From contig NW_027117338.1 in the NCBI RefSeq assembly GCF_038025025.1, forward strand, positions 434,001-498,000: 64,000 nt of DNA. Direction: 5' to 3'. How positions within the stretch are numbered: the first letter of the stretch is position 1; each line of letters starts with the position of its first letter. Both the position numbers and the translations under genes were made by a program. Of the stretch, positions 50,492 to 63,574 are shown in pieces. This stretch comes from Phyllosticta citribraziliensis. Taxonomy: Eukaryota. The notes under the pieces were generated by a model that was not told where the DNA came from, searched no databases, and was given only the letters and a program-made list of their open reading frames with translations.

Positions 50492-53400
50492 TGTTGTTGT
50501 TGTAGAGGTTATGGAGGTTGGAGAAGTGGTTGAAGCTGGAGAGAGACTTGGGGAATGTTTGCAAACAAAAGAGCTGGAGCGAAAGCTGACGGGTAAAATG
50601 GCAAAATGGCGCCTTCCCAGCGCCTGGATAAAAGGCGCTGTGCCCCACCGTCCATCATGGCGTCAATTGCGACGAGCTGGTGAGCTTGCGCTTGGGCCAA
50701 AACGGACGGTCGACGCGGAGCTTTTACCTTCCCTCTCTGGCAAACCGAAGGAGTCGGCGTCTGTAGCGCTCTCCTCGAACAAACGTTGCGCCGTCGTGGA
50801 GACGCCAAGTTCTTGAAGCGGGACCCGTCTCGGGGGTCGACGTTGTGCCGCCACCATCTTCTTCCATCAAATCCCAATCGACGGTCGTCGTTTACAGGTT
50901 ATCATGATGCAGGTAAGCATGCAAGGACAAAGATCTCCCATCTGTGGCGCTGATGCGGCTCGAAAAGTGTCTCGATAGTGTCAGCACTTGTTATTCGTCG
51001 TCGACTTGTTCCAGCAGCGGGCATTGGCTGGAAGCTTCCGGTCGGTCGACTGTTTGTTGGCATGAAGTGCCGGTAGAAAGAGAAGGACATGTCAAGCGCC
51101 AGGAGACAAGCCGAAGTGACGTCAGGGGGCGGACAATTTCCGACCGAGAGCGGAAGATTCCAGCGCCTGTGTTTTCCTGCTTCGAACGAGCCGCGCCCGT
51201 GCGCTTCTGGCAGCTACTGTGCTACAGCCCGAAGAAAATGAACACGATGTGCCGAGAACATGTCAGAAGAGCGGATCTGACTTGCGGCTGTTGAGAATCG
51301 CTTGACCATGAAGCATCGAGGAAATCCGGCCCTCTACGACTCTTTTCGAGATGTGCCAGTCTGCCCTTTTGTTTCCTTTGACTTGGAGGAGCACCGCGAG
51401 GTCTCGTGAAGAGATCGGTGGTGCGAGAGTAGCGCCATGAGAGGTTCCACGCGAGGACAAAGACGTTCAAGTCGAAGCCGGATGCTATCTCCTTGAGCCT
51501 AGATGAGTCGAAATGTGGCTTTTCCGCGTCCCAAGACGGCCCAAGACCAAGAAGGACAAGCTCTCAGGCGAACAGGCCAAGAGACGCTTGTTTGCTCATC
51601 ACGAAGATCTTCCGTTGGAGTCGATCCTCCACATGTCAGATCAGCGAGAGTTTGTGGCGACTCCCAGTCTGCGGCTCGTTGGTTGACTCTCTGGTTCGAA
51701 AGATGACCTGATAACGAATCGAAAGACGGGGAAACATGGCTCTCAGGTCTCAAGGAGGTTGAGTCGAACAATGTTGCGCGTCAGACCTTTCTTTTGCACG
51801 TCAATGAAACAGTCAAATCCTTTCTACTGGTACGTCACCATGGATGGGCCCATATTCATTTTTATTAAATTAAGCGGAGTAACTGATGATCGGGTCCAGT
51901 CCAACAAGTCCTCGAGTCTATCCGCCAATCATTTACAAGCACCAGTTGCCTCTTCGTCGACCCTCATACAGTAGCAAGGACAGCCCCGAGCTGATTCTCT
52001 CTGTAATACATGTATTGCTCCCTAGTGTGAATCGGGCCGGCAGAATGAGTGCTTGTCGGTACGTCACATTTTCGTATCATATTCCTCGGTGCGTCATATT
52101 ATATGGTTCGTATCATGTTCGACTTTGAAAGGCGCCTCGGTGCGTCACATATTACGAGGTGCGTATGGGTGTAGGTTTCGGCGCGACGGGTCACTACCAG
52201 ACGTAAAGAGACGACCCCGAACGCGTGGACGTAGTCTATAGGACTGTGAGCATTTCTCCTTTAGACTGCCCCGAAATCTGCATGCGCCGACAGGGGACTG
52301 CGACAGTACGACGTACAGACAACAAACTCCTCGAATCGGCATCACCGGCCGGAGGACTCTCGACTTGATCCAGCGCCTCAACAGATTTGAAGTTCCGGAA
52401 AAGGTCAAAGGAGCGAGAGACCCTGCGCATCGAGTCTGTGGACTTGTTCCAGCTCCTGAAAAAGGTCGAGAAGCGATTGCCGTTGCTGGGGACCCGCCGC
52501 CTTGTTTGCGGCACACCGTCACCGGTACTCTCATTCTTTGGACGTCTCTTTTGGAGCGGCATAACGCGTAATTGTCGATTTTGCAGCGGGCCTATTGTCC
52601 GCCTTGATGACGACGAGGGTCAGTTTGGTACATGCGCGGCCACCCCAGTGGCAACTCCCTCTTTATCATGGAACCAGCTGTTCAGCCCTCAGCCAAAAGC
52701 CGCTCGCTTCTGCTCCCACCCGTTCTATTTTCTTCTCTGTGGAGTTGATCACGGGGAGCATGAATGTCTTGTGTTTCAAGGCTTTTTCCCTTGGCAGCCT
52801 AGCTGAGGGCATCTTCTGAGATGTACCTTATGGTGTTGGACATTTTTCGAAGAGCAACGACAAGCTGCATGCGCAACATGCAGGCCTAGAACAACCTCCT
52901 ATTCATCTGCATCTGCAACCCCATCATGGGGTCGCGGCGTTCGCTACTCCATGTCCGCCCCACCTTAGTCAGCCTCCGTATACTGCACATTCGAAGGACC
53001 GAATCCAGGCCGCCCAGGCGTACACGACACCCAAGGACATGTGCCCGAAATTTGCAGTCCAGTTTTTCGCCCTTCTCGACTGCGCAAAGAAGAAAAAAAT
53101 GCGCGGCTCTGCGGTTCCAGGCGCTGCCCCGTCTCCCCAAGTACCCCTGACGGCTTGAAACTGCGCGGCCCCACCTGGCGGTGATCCTGAGGCTTTCCAC
53201 TCGCTCGATTCGTCTTGGGCTCAGTCCGCGCGCGTTGCACAGCCAAATCACAGCGCGGTCCGCAACTCCACCATGGCACCACGGTGTATAGATTGAACCC
53301 GCCGGATGGCGTTTCACGTCAAGCCACCCGCCGGTCGCCTTGGCGGGCGTCGCTGCGCAGGGGCGCCTCCAGTCTCAAACTGCTGGAGACGGATGGGTCG

Positions 53401-53542
53401 ATGGTCTGGCCTTCGAGTCCAGATATAAGAGGGAAGAGCCGCTAGTTGGAAAGTCTCATCAACCAGCCAACACTATCACTACTGTCCTTTACGCTCAATC
53501 TATCACCACTACCGCTCCTTTTTGATACCCGAGTCTTTCAAA

Positions 53543-54142
53543 ATGGTCTCTTTCAAGATCCTCTCCGCTCTCGCCCTCGCTGGCCTCGCCGCGGCCACCC
53601 TCGAGCCCTGCACCAGCAACACCAAGGGCAAGAAGCCCAGCGTCGACCTCAGCAGCGCCGACAAGTCCTCGGACGACATCCAGGCCGCTGAGTGCTCCCA
53701 CAACACTCGTGTCTCTGGCGACCAGACGTTCGCTGTCTTCATCACCGACCACTCCAAGGATGAGAACCACGGTGCCCCCTACGGGTGAGCTCATACATGA
53801 TCCTACGCTTCAGAAAGTAGCTAACAGAAGTCGAGATCGTGCTATGCGTTCACAAGTGCTGCAGGTGGTAATGGTTCAATGGTTACAGACGCTGATGCTT
53901 GGACGTTCTTTTGGTAATTCCGACTCTTTTAATTAAATATGACATATAGGATACTAACCCAGATGTAGGAGCAACTTAGGTTCGTCCTCAGGCGTTGGCA
54001 CTGGCTGCATTAAGGATCCAGAAGATGGAACCTGCGGATGCGAAAATAGTGATGGCTCTTGGGTTAAAGGTCAAGCACTTATACCATCTTTTAATCTAAA
54101 TTCATTACTAACTCTTTACTAGGCGGAACTGACTGCTCTTAA
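53543..54142 (+). CDS. Small secreted cysteine-rich protein, 4 exons
   Basis: Signal peptide 'MVSFKILSALALAGLAAA'. The spliced product ends '...HGAPYGSCYAF...WTFFWSN...GTGCIKDPEDGTCGCENSDGSWVKGGTDCS*'. Introns have CTAAC branch points. Confidence 0.82.
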
Positions 54143-55069
54143 ACGGAGAATCATGAGCACTTAGGGGTAGGAGGTCAAGGGCCAGGGTGAAACATCACAC
54201 CCCAGCAACCTGTGGCTTCTTAGGAAACCCTCTAAGTCAGCTGTCAACCGCACAACCTGATTGAAACGTTACGACCTTTAGGCTTTCGACTGCATCCATG
54301 CATGGCCTGGCGCCGGATGACGGAGCGGACGAGCGGATTGGAGCCTGAATTTGGACATTGTAGAATTACGAAATGATGAACAGCTGGTCTTGTACTTCAA
54401 ACGATCTTTTGCCAGCGTGACATGATCGGGGAGGAGTCGAAGAGTTGATATTAAAGTAAGTTTCCACTTCGACCAAAAGGCGCGGTTCCCTAATTGGGCT
54501 AGCGCGACGAGTAGCCCCATTCTTATTTTCAAGTCACCTCGTCAACACCAGCACTGCACGAAGAAGAAAAGTGTTGGATTGAGCATCAGTCGGTGTCTTA
54601 CAGATCACCAGGCAATTCAAGTAGGGTTCAAGCTTAACACTGGCATGTGTTAATTTCGCAACTCGTCAGACTCCCCTTTTCTCCGCCAAAAGCTCACTTC
54701 GCGCGCTCGCAAACTGCAGACAAACATTTTTCTGAAGGCAAAGTCGTACAGAAATATGGGCAGTGTTCTTACACGAACGTGAAACGATCCATTTGCTGCG
54801 CCCAATGGCGATGATTGCGGGTGACTGCTGCGTTTGCATGCGCCTCGGCTTGCCCCGGCTATTCCCTTTTGGGTCGCTGCTTCTTCAGTCGGCGCAGGCG
54901 GTACTTCTCGCCAACAGACCAAAATAAATTCTCCGCCGCCGGAAAATCTACATCTCGCACCCTCAACCTTTCTCGTCCTCGACAGACCAAACTTCGAGCA
55001 TCGTAAGTCCCTTTGCTCGCCAGATCCTTTTTCGCTTGCTTATCGACCACTTTCCAGAATCTGCCCGTC

Positions 55070-55808
55070 ATGGCTGGCGATCAGACAAAGGACCCTTGTG
55101 GCAACCTCAATAAAAGCCAAGGTATTGTGGCTTCCCTCGAAACCTCTCGAATTCCGCTGACGATTGCAGGAGATGACGCCAAATCCACTGAAGTAGGCAA
55201 AGAGAAGGCAGTCTTGAGCGATGGCGCTGTCGGTGAGCTACCCTTCTAAAGCTCAGAACTACTCCAATAGCTAACAGACTTTAGACGGTCCTGGCCGCGC
55301 CCAGTCTGCATCAACTTCCCCTACCACCACCAACACCAAAGGCCACGACGAAGACGTTGACAACGAAGACGACGACCCATATCAACCTCTGTTTGAATAC
55401 ATTCAAGTCCTTGAGGAGGATGCGACCCTCATAGAGTTCAACATGACAAAAGTCAGGATCATGCAGCCTTCCTTTGGCAAAACTGCTCCGGTGCTCAAGG
55501 TCAACAGCAGCGAGCCTTTTTGGCTCGCCCCCGTCAGCAACGCCATCCGCAAGGCTTTCCTGCAGTGGAGGCCCGAACCGATGTCATACGTCGTCGAGGC
55601 TGCAGCCGTCGCTTGCGACAAGGTCAACGGAATGATACGCGATGGGGAGCTTCCACCAGTGCATTGCCAATGTTCTGGCGCTGATTCGACGTGGACCACG
55701 CATGCCTGTGCGATCTGCAATATGCAGACTCCCTGCAGCTCATTGAAAATGACGGAGGATTACGGATATCGCGTCTGTCGCCAGTGCATCCGCATCCACA
55801 GTCTCTGA
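55070..55808 (+). CDS. Hypothetical protein with C-terminal Cys/His-rich putative zinc-binding domain, intron ~55233-55283
   Basis: A GTGAGC...CTAAC...TAG intron joins two frames. C-terminus is 'HCQC...HACAIC...PC...CRQC'. Confidence 0.6.
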
Positions 55809-56388
55809 GCGCGTACACTGCTAGAGGCACCGTCCGTCGAGGTCGTACCGCGAAGTCTCTAGTCCTCTCTTCGGTAATTCTCTCCGACGAACTTCTAACC
55901 ATACCTCTTTCATGATTGACATTGCTTCCCCCGGGTGGAAGCTCATCATCTCAGAAACTGCGGGCAAAAGAAGGGAAAAATGATGGCGGCCGTGCAGTAT
56001 GGGTAGAGGGCACAACAAATGCAATTTTCTTTTCAGGCTCAAATTTCCATCCTTGTTTTTGTCACCTGATTTAATGCGCGGCTTTGTCGCCCATCCATGA
56101 AGACAGTCGCGGCCTTGGTTGTGGAGCTTTGCTGAGGAGGAGGCTCGTGAAGTGAAATCAGATATTTTCGCAGCCCTGCACATGCCCTCTTCTTTCCTTC
56201 ACCCCAACCCATCCATCTCACAACCTTTCTTTCCCACAACCTCTCCATCCTACGGTCATTGACCTGACGAAGTCCTCGCCCAGTCGACAAACCTCTCAGC
56301 AGTCTACCGCCGGCGCATCACCTTGCAATCACCCTCCAAAGAGATCAAAGGCCGCGCAAGATCACCGAACTTGCATCCATTCGGCACC

Positions 56389-59300
56389 ATGGCCGACACT
56401 CCGCCGGAAGGCGAGACGACGTCGTCGCCGGCGCGGAAAAAGGTGCTCAAGGTGAGCTCACCGTGGACCTACGACATGATCTTGCATGGAAAACGCTAAA
56501 CTCGACCTAGGCTCGCAAACCCAATGCAACAAGAACCAAGCCGTGTGAACGAATTGATGGCAGGAACCTCAAAATGAGGTTCGATGACTACCAAAGCGAG
56601 GCAGCTGTCGCCGCGTACCTCTTCTTCAACGACCAGGCCAAATTCAGACACCTGATGTTATCCTATCCGATTCTTGACGCATTCGTGGTTTGGAAAGAGC
56701 ACAGCTCGTGTACCACAGAAATAAAGCCTGCACTGGAGTTTCTGGACGGAGTGCCCGACCCGGACACAAAGTATCCACTGTCTCTCGAGGAGATAATCGC
56801 CAAGTACGGCGCGCAGACCGACCCAGAGGAGTCCGAGCTGCAGTCAGACCAAGACAAGCACTGGAGAACGCGGGAAATCAAGTTTCGACGAATCGACCTA
56901 TTGGCCTCAATCCTGCGCTACTTGGTCAAGCGCACGGGGGATCTACTGGACCGCACCGAAGCCGAAAGGGGCACAGAGCAAGCTCGTGCAAATGCAAGCT
57001 TTGAGGCTTTGCTTGGTCTCAAAATGCCGCTTTCGCATGATATCACTCAGGTCAACAAACCACTTTGGGGGCCAATTGAGGGCTTTCGTGAGGGTCCTCT
57101 GGAACCCTTCAATCGCGCCTATCTTCTCCTGAGACGTCTGATGAAGATTGTTCATGGCAAAAATGCCTGGAAGTCCCAATTTCTTTCGAGTAGGGCTCCG
57201 TTTGAAGCTCGCATCATCCATCTTGATTCCGTCCCGATGTGGATGCGGCAAGTTGAAGGCCAGAACGAGAGGGCACCGATAACCCCCAGATCTGTCCGAG
57301 TGGAGAATCTACCGCACAGTCAGAACGAGAGGGCGCCAACAACCCGCAGATCTGTCTCGGTGGAGAATCTACCGCATGGCTCGAAGCTTCGCCTTTCCAA
57401 GACTTCCACAATACATGCTGAGCGGATGCAACACCACAAAGAGACCTTTCTCGCCCCCAGAGGCCTAAAGCTCCCCCGTTCTGGCAAGCTCGTGCAATGC
57501 CTGCCGGATCCGCGCGTATTTCAAACAAGAGAATCATTCTTGGATGGTGTTCGCAGCCAGCTCAACTTCGTCAGGCTGAGGGTGCAGTTTTTTGGCGTGA
57601 AGCTTATCGTGTGTGTCGAGGGCGAGGAAGATCACGAATTGCAAGTTTACGGCCAGTGCGGAGATTTTCCATGGGGGAAAATCCAGAACGAGTTCGAGAA
57701 GGACTCATATTCTTGCATTTTGGAATACACTCTCAGGCCATTGTCCGGGACGGACCATGGTCCCATGGAGTCCACCAGCGTCCCTCTCTCTCTTGCATCT
57801 CACATTGGCATCGGTCCAGATGGTGACCTGCAGACGCTTGACTCAGACGTCCCTCGAGTATCCCAGCCATCTGAAGACGTGGGCGAATCTGCATCGTTTG
57901 GTCGGGAGAAGAGTGAGACGGAGAAGCGCGTTGCAGATTTTTGGGCCAGCCTGACGACTCAAAGCAACTCACGCACCATGCAAATGCCGGCTGACATTTT
58001 TCCTCCCGACAAGCCTGGCATTTGGCGGCAAATGCTGAACGAGTACAGTCAAATCAACGTGTACGAGCCCCAAGGCCTTCGGGACTGGCAACTTCAAACC
58101 ATTGGCGAAGTGATGGCGAGCTCAGTGAAGCCTACCGGTAACCTGGAATTTGCGATGGGCAAAGCCGTCCTCCAATCAAACTTTTGTGGCGACGTGCTTG
58201 TCTCTGCAGACACAAAGGTTCAAAAGGAACTTGTCGAATACGAGCAACATGTCAGCCAAACAATGCTCTCAACAGACGTAAGTGTTCCAATATTTATGAA
58301 GCAAGAACTTTGCTAACTTTGACCCAGGTTGGTGAGAAAGAAATTGATTTCAGCGACTTCTACATCATTCAGGAGGCTTTCGCTGGATCTTCAGACCCGA
58401 CGGACAGCCCTAATATTGTCGACTCGCGCCTTTTACTTGGTATGAAACGCTCGAAACCATATGAGCACGACAAAAAGCTTGATATGTGCAGAACATCCAC
58501 GATGAATATCAATTCAGACTTTCTAGACATTCAAATCACGGGCGCTGCTTGGATGCTGGCGAAAACCCTCGGCTTTGTTCCGAACCTTGCTGAAGACCCG
58601 GATACAGATGCTGTCAAAGCTGCGTCGGAACGGTTGAGGACTGAACCTACTTCTGGCGGTATCCTTTCTGACGATGTCGGAACCGGGAAGACGTATACTA
58701 CATCATTATGCATGTCCGCATTGGCAAAGCATCTGGCAAAGACCAAGACAAACGAGCATAGACCGATGCTACTGCTGGTCCCAAATGGTACCTTATTTTC
58801 TCAGTGGCAGGACATATTGCACCGCCAATTCCCTGAGCTCGAGCTCATTGTCTCGAACGATGACCGCCCAACCCATTCGATCTTCGCCAACAAATGGATC
58901 TCCTCGTCAGCAATGCGGAAAGCACCCCAGGATCTATCCGACTGGCCTCGTAATCTCAGATACGTCTTCAACAAGAAGGATGAGCGGGCATCAAAGACTG
59001 TCCTTCTGGTTCCATACCAGGCTTTTTCCGATAGGTCCATGAAAACTCTGAATACGGATATGTTCATGGACAGTGAAGGCCTAAAGAAGTGGAGCACGAA
59101 GCTCCGCAAAATCGTCCTCCGAGAGTTCGAGCAAAGTTATACATCACGCTTTTCTGCGGTCTTCTGTGATGAGGGACACCGGATACGCCATGAAGAAACA
59201 GGTATACACCAGTGTGTGTCGCTGCTCGATGCCCCCATAAACTGGATCATCACTGCTACCCCGGAAGTGAATTCGGCCTTGGTAAGTGCTCTAAAATTTT

Positions 59301-61601
59301 GTTTTCGATAATAGGTACACAACACTGACGAGTTCAGGACATTTGCGGGCTTCTTAAAATTCTTTGGCGTCCAGTGCAGAAGAGGCTTGCACAGCAAGAA
59401 GGTGAGCCTGATGATAATATTGCAACACCCACGAACGGATGCTTATGAAACTTAAGATCGTCTCGAAACCTACTTCAGACAGCACAGCAACAAAAAGAAG
59501 CCTTGGATTGTTTTCAAAGAGGTGCAGTCTCTGCCGGATGGCGACCCATTGAGGCTGCTTCCGGTGCAACCAGACCAGTAAGGTTTTGTCCAGTCAATGA
59601 CTCCCCGCATGCAGATACTGAAATGTTGTAGCATCAAGGCCCTCATCAGTTCCAAGGATTTAGCCGAAATAGCCAACTACTCAGGCTACATGAGAAAGCT
59701 GGTTGTGCTCAAAAGGACGACGGCATCTTCATTGGCTTGGGACTCTTCGCCAGCTTCAGCCCACGTCAGTTTGAAAAACTTGATGCCAAAACATAAGGTT
59801 GAGACGATTGAAATTGGCTACGCTGGCATGGAGGCGCCAGAGGCCCAGGCATTGCACCGTATCTACGCTCGGTAAGTCATCAAGGTCTACCCTAATCTCT
59901 TTCTCGTCAGCCACCGCTGGAAATGATGAATCATTAATCTGATGTTACGAAATACAGCATCTACGAGGAAACCATAGACGACTGGGTCAAAGACCAATGG
60001 AAGAAGAACAGTGGAAAGGGAGACAAATTGGACGACGACGCGCCGCGATTGGCGAGGGTGCGCCGGGCCCTCTCGATTGTGTCTGCCTCGACACTTTTAG
60101 GTCGATTCGACCTCGAGATGAAAGCAAAGGGTCTCGACACTCTTGTCGAGAACATACGTGACATGCGCACTCAGGAGTGCGGTGTGTCTTGGTTCATTGA
60201 CAAAGTCCGAAAAACTGGAGACTTCTTGCCCGTGGGCGACCGCCAAAAAGACATCGCCTACTTGTGCTTTGGGGGCCCAAAGCTTCGAATGCTGTTGAGG
60301 CAGGTCCGAGAGACAGTCTTGAATGCAACAAGGCCAAGAAAACTGCTTGTAATTGACGAGACCCCTCTCGTTGCTTGGCTAGAAGAAATGCTTTTGCAAC
60401 ACATGCATATAGACGCCCGCGTCTTGCATGCCGACCTCGACACTGCTGAACGCGACGCGCTCGTAAAAGACTTCAATGATCCCAACAGGGGTCCTCAGGT
60501 GCTGATCCTCCTTTACAACGTCTCGAGCCAGGGCGTGAACATGCACAAGGCGTGCAGCGACGCTCTCGTCACCTCCAGCGGGATCAATGCTAGTGCTGAA
60601 GTGCAAGCCTGGGGACGTCTGATCAGGGTACGTCGAATTCAGGACTCTCCAGATTACAACTAACGCGAACCCCAGATCGCCCAAAAGGACACGGTCCACA
60701 TAGTCCGTTGTCAAGTGTTGAACAGCTACGACCAATTCCGGGACTCCAAGCAGCGTGATAAACAAAAGCTCATCCTGGCCTTAAATACGCCCTCCCCAGC
60801 TATGAAGGTTCTGCTGGTCAACCTTTTGAACGCGGCGAACGTGGAGGTCAAAGCCCTGCACGACTCGAACCTGACCAGTCTGTTTCGAAACAAGCGCGAG
60901 AATGCCGTCCTTGGCTTGCGAGCAGGCGTTGAAGATGACAAGAAACTGAGCAACGATGTCCTGGAAGACGAGTTTACGCTTGCAGGAAAATCTGTCAGTG
61001 ATGTCAGACGCGCGTTGCGGAAGGATTGCGAGAAAAGAGAGAGCTTCAACCCCGACCTCTTTGCGCTTGCCACCCAGCTTCGACTTGACCCTAAACGTGT
61101 TTACACGGAAGAAGATCTCAATGACAATGCGGTCTATGGGCGCGCTCTGGGCTTGCTGTTCCGCGTCAAGTTTGGCCAGAGGACCGAAAACTTTCGCCTG
61201 TCGCCAATCATCCGCTACGATGCACTCGCCCCTGAGATCTCACGTGCCATTGAGGCACAGGTTGAAGCCTTTTATCATAATCTTGGCCGTGCGCTCGAGC
61301 AGCAAAAGTAAGTGTAAAACGGAGGATTCATTGAGTGTTATGCTGACTTAATTCTAGCGACGGGAACGAGTTCCCCGTTTCTGCTGAGCAAGTGGTTCGC
61401 GAGATGTTCCCCCAGACTGCGGAGACTTATAACGGTGACGGAGATGCTAATAGCGCCAATCAAGAGCCTAGAGAATCCCAGGAGATTCGGGCCTGGGAGG
61501 CCTTCTGGGACGTGGAAATGACAGACGGTGATGGAACCACCCATCCAGGGCCTGGTGAGGACCAGGACCAGGACCAGGACGTGGGCATGTCAGACGAGTA
61601 A
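56389..61601 (+). CDS. Divergent SNF2-family (SF2) helicase/ATPase with long N-terminal extension, multi-exon
   Basis: Motif I 'GGILSDDVGTGKT', Ia 'LLLVP', II 'FCDEGH', III 'ITATP', V 'SSQGVNMH', VI 'QAWGRLIR'. Introns with canonical signals link the ORF blocks; it is uncertain whether the N-terminal block belongs to the same gene. Confidence 0.78.
57261..57380 (+). repeat. Imperfect 60-bp in-frame tandem duplication
   Basis: Encodes QNERAPITPRSVRVENLPHS / QNERAPTTRRSVSVENLPHG. Confidence 0.9.
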
Positions 61602-61724
61602 GCACTGAAATAGCTCATCAGGAGCGCAATCAGCGCTACGAGTCCCCCATGACGACTCGAGATTTTCACAACGCGCAAAGGTCCCGGAAAGAACTTGCAG
61701 TACACAATCTCGACTCTGGCGCAA

Positions 61725-62087
61725 CTAGTGGCGAAGAGCTCTAGCGAGCGCCTCTCCAGCCGGCACATCTGGGGGAAGGCTTATCGAAGCCTTAGACTTT
61801 ATTTCGAATCCTGCGATACCCATTTCTTTTGAGTACCCAAAAAGCATCCACCTTGAGCATCTCCAGCTGGGCCCTGGCAAAACTTTCTTCCACGCGATTC
61901 TCTCCTCTTTCTCTGCTTCCTTCCGGCTGGGATTAAAATGGCGATTCAACTCAGCATTGGTACACTCAGTGCTACCGCAAAAGCTATACTCAAAATGGAA
62001 AGTGTTCGGTGCATCACTCCTTTGTCTCATGTGATACCCAAAGCCTATTGCTCTCCATTCCGGATCAGAGGGACTCATTTGACACAT
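61725..62087 (-). CDS. Possible small hypothetical protein (120 aa), convergent with the SNF2-like gene
   Basis: ATG-initiated ORF with protein-like composition; no recognisable family. Confidence 0.3.
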   Translation of the reverse strand: MCQMSPSDPEWRAIGFGYHMRQRSDAPNTFHFEYSFCGSTECTNAELNRHFNPSRKEAEKEERIAWKKVLPGPSWRCSRWMLFGYSKEMGIAGFEIKSKASISLPPDVPAGEALARALRH

Positions 62088-62839
62088 GGGCGTTTCTTCC
62101 CCCTTCCTCAGGTCAAAACGTTTGTTCGGTGCTTCGTTTTACTTCCAAACGGCCGCAACTGTCTTCTTAGACGCGTGATAGGGAGTCAACATAACACTCC
62201 GTATGGCCACCCGTATGTGTTCGCTAGGAATCTTGATACTGAAAAATGTGCCTCCACTCCGAACCGCTCGAAGAAATCCAAGTCGCTCATACGATGATTG
62301 CCACATTGTGGTTACAAAGAAATGACAGCTCCCGCCACCACTTTTGCGTCCCGGGAGCGTTCATTCCTACAGCGAACAAAACTTAAAAGGTTGCGGCCTA
62401 CTACCTGTGGTAAAACCAATTAATGAAACCTCTTTAGCATTGATGATTTCCACGTGTGAACTCAGATAGAATTGTAGCAAAAGAAGGGTGCATTTATTTG
62501 TCGACCGCTTGTTTGTAGATGGAGTCTTGTTTGAAAAAGTAAGGAGATTGACTAAGACAACTGTTAATCTAAGCTCCCTCTTTCAGTGCCTATAAATACA
62601 ACCATCTTGTTCCACCTCTACTAGTTCAAATGCTGTAATAATCAGGGCTTGTAGTATATCCCAACTTATTCCAATATCTTAGTTGGGGCGTAGGAGGGTT
62701 TACTGCAAAGTGCGCGGGTCGCCTGGGTGGTTTTAGAAGGAAGTTGCGACCGGTGCGTAGAGGAAGCCTCTACTGGCCCACAGCAACAAACCTTTCACAC
62801 TTTCCGTCGCCCTTCTTTTCAACTGCTGGCAACATAGCC

Positions 62840-63574
62840 ATGTTTTCTTTGGGCGATACGGTCCACGAAGGCCAAGGCCGAGAGCCACCCACTGGCGACG
62901 CCTCGCGTGGAGACAACATGCGTGCGCTCAGGGACTTTGATGAGATGGAGGTAAGTCAACGACCTACGATGATAACGCAGCGATTTCTAACGAAGCGAAG
63001 ATCATTGGAGAGGTCTCGGCTGGAAACTTCGATAGTGCAGGCGAACTAGCTGAGCAGGCTCTGCTTGATGCCCGCCTCCCGCTACTCGACCGCTACATGT
63101 TCGAGTCCCTTCTTGCTACCTTGCCTGGTAAAGATTCCTGGCGCCATCTAGGGAATGCGGAAAGAGTTGCCAGAATCATCGAGGACGATGTGGAAGGTGT
63201 CAGTATTGCCGTTCTCTTTCCAAATAAAACATGATCTAACGGAGAAACAGAGTCCCGATCCTGATCCTGTCAACTTCGAGATTATCGACTGCATGCGCTC
63301 ATTTCTCCGAAAATGCAAGGCTGGCCTACTCAATCAGGCAGCTGAGAAGGCTCGTCAGAAGCTGGACGACGAAGCCGAGACAACAAAGCCGAAAGACAAA
63401 GGCGGACAAAGAACCCTCGACCAGTTTTTCAACAAAGTCGACACGGGCGCGAAGCCGGTCAAGCCCGCTAGAAAGAACAAGTTGGACGACGACTATGTCA
63501 TATACTTCCAAATGGCAATCTTCGATTACTTCAGTCCTCTACAGGATGAAGAAGGCACCGAGCTAGAATCATGA
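62840..63574 (+). CDS. Hypothetical protein with PIP-box-like motif, 3 exons (introns 62951-63000, 63199-63250)
   Basis: GCCATG start, GTAAGT and GTCAGT donors with CTAAC branch points, in-frame joins; contains 'QRTLDQFF'. Confidence 0.68.
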
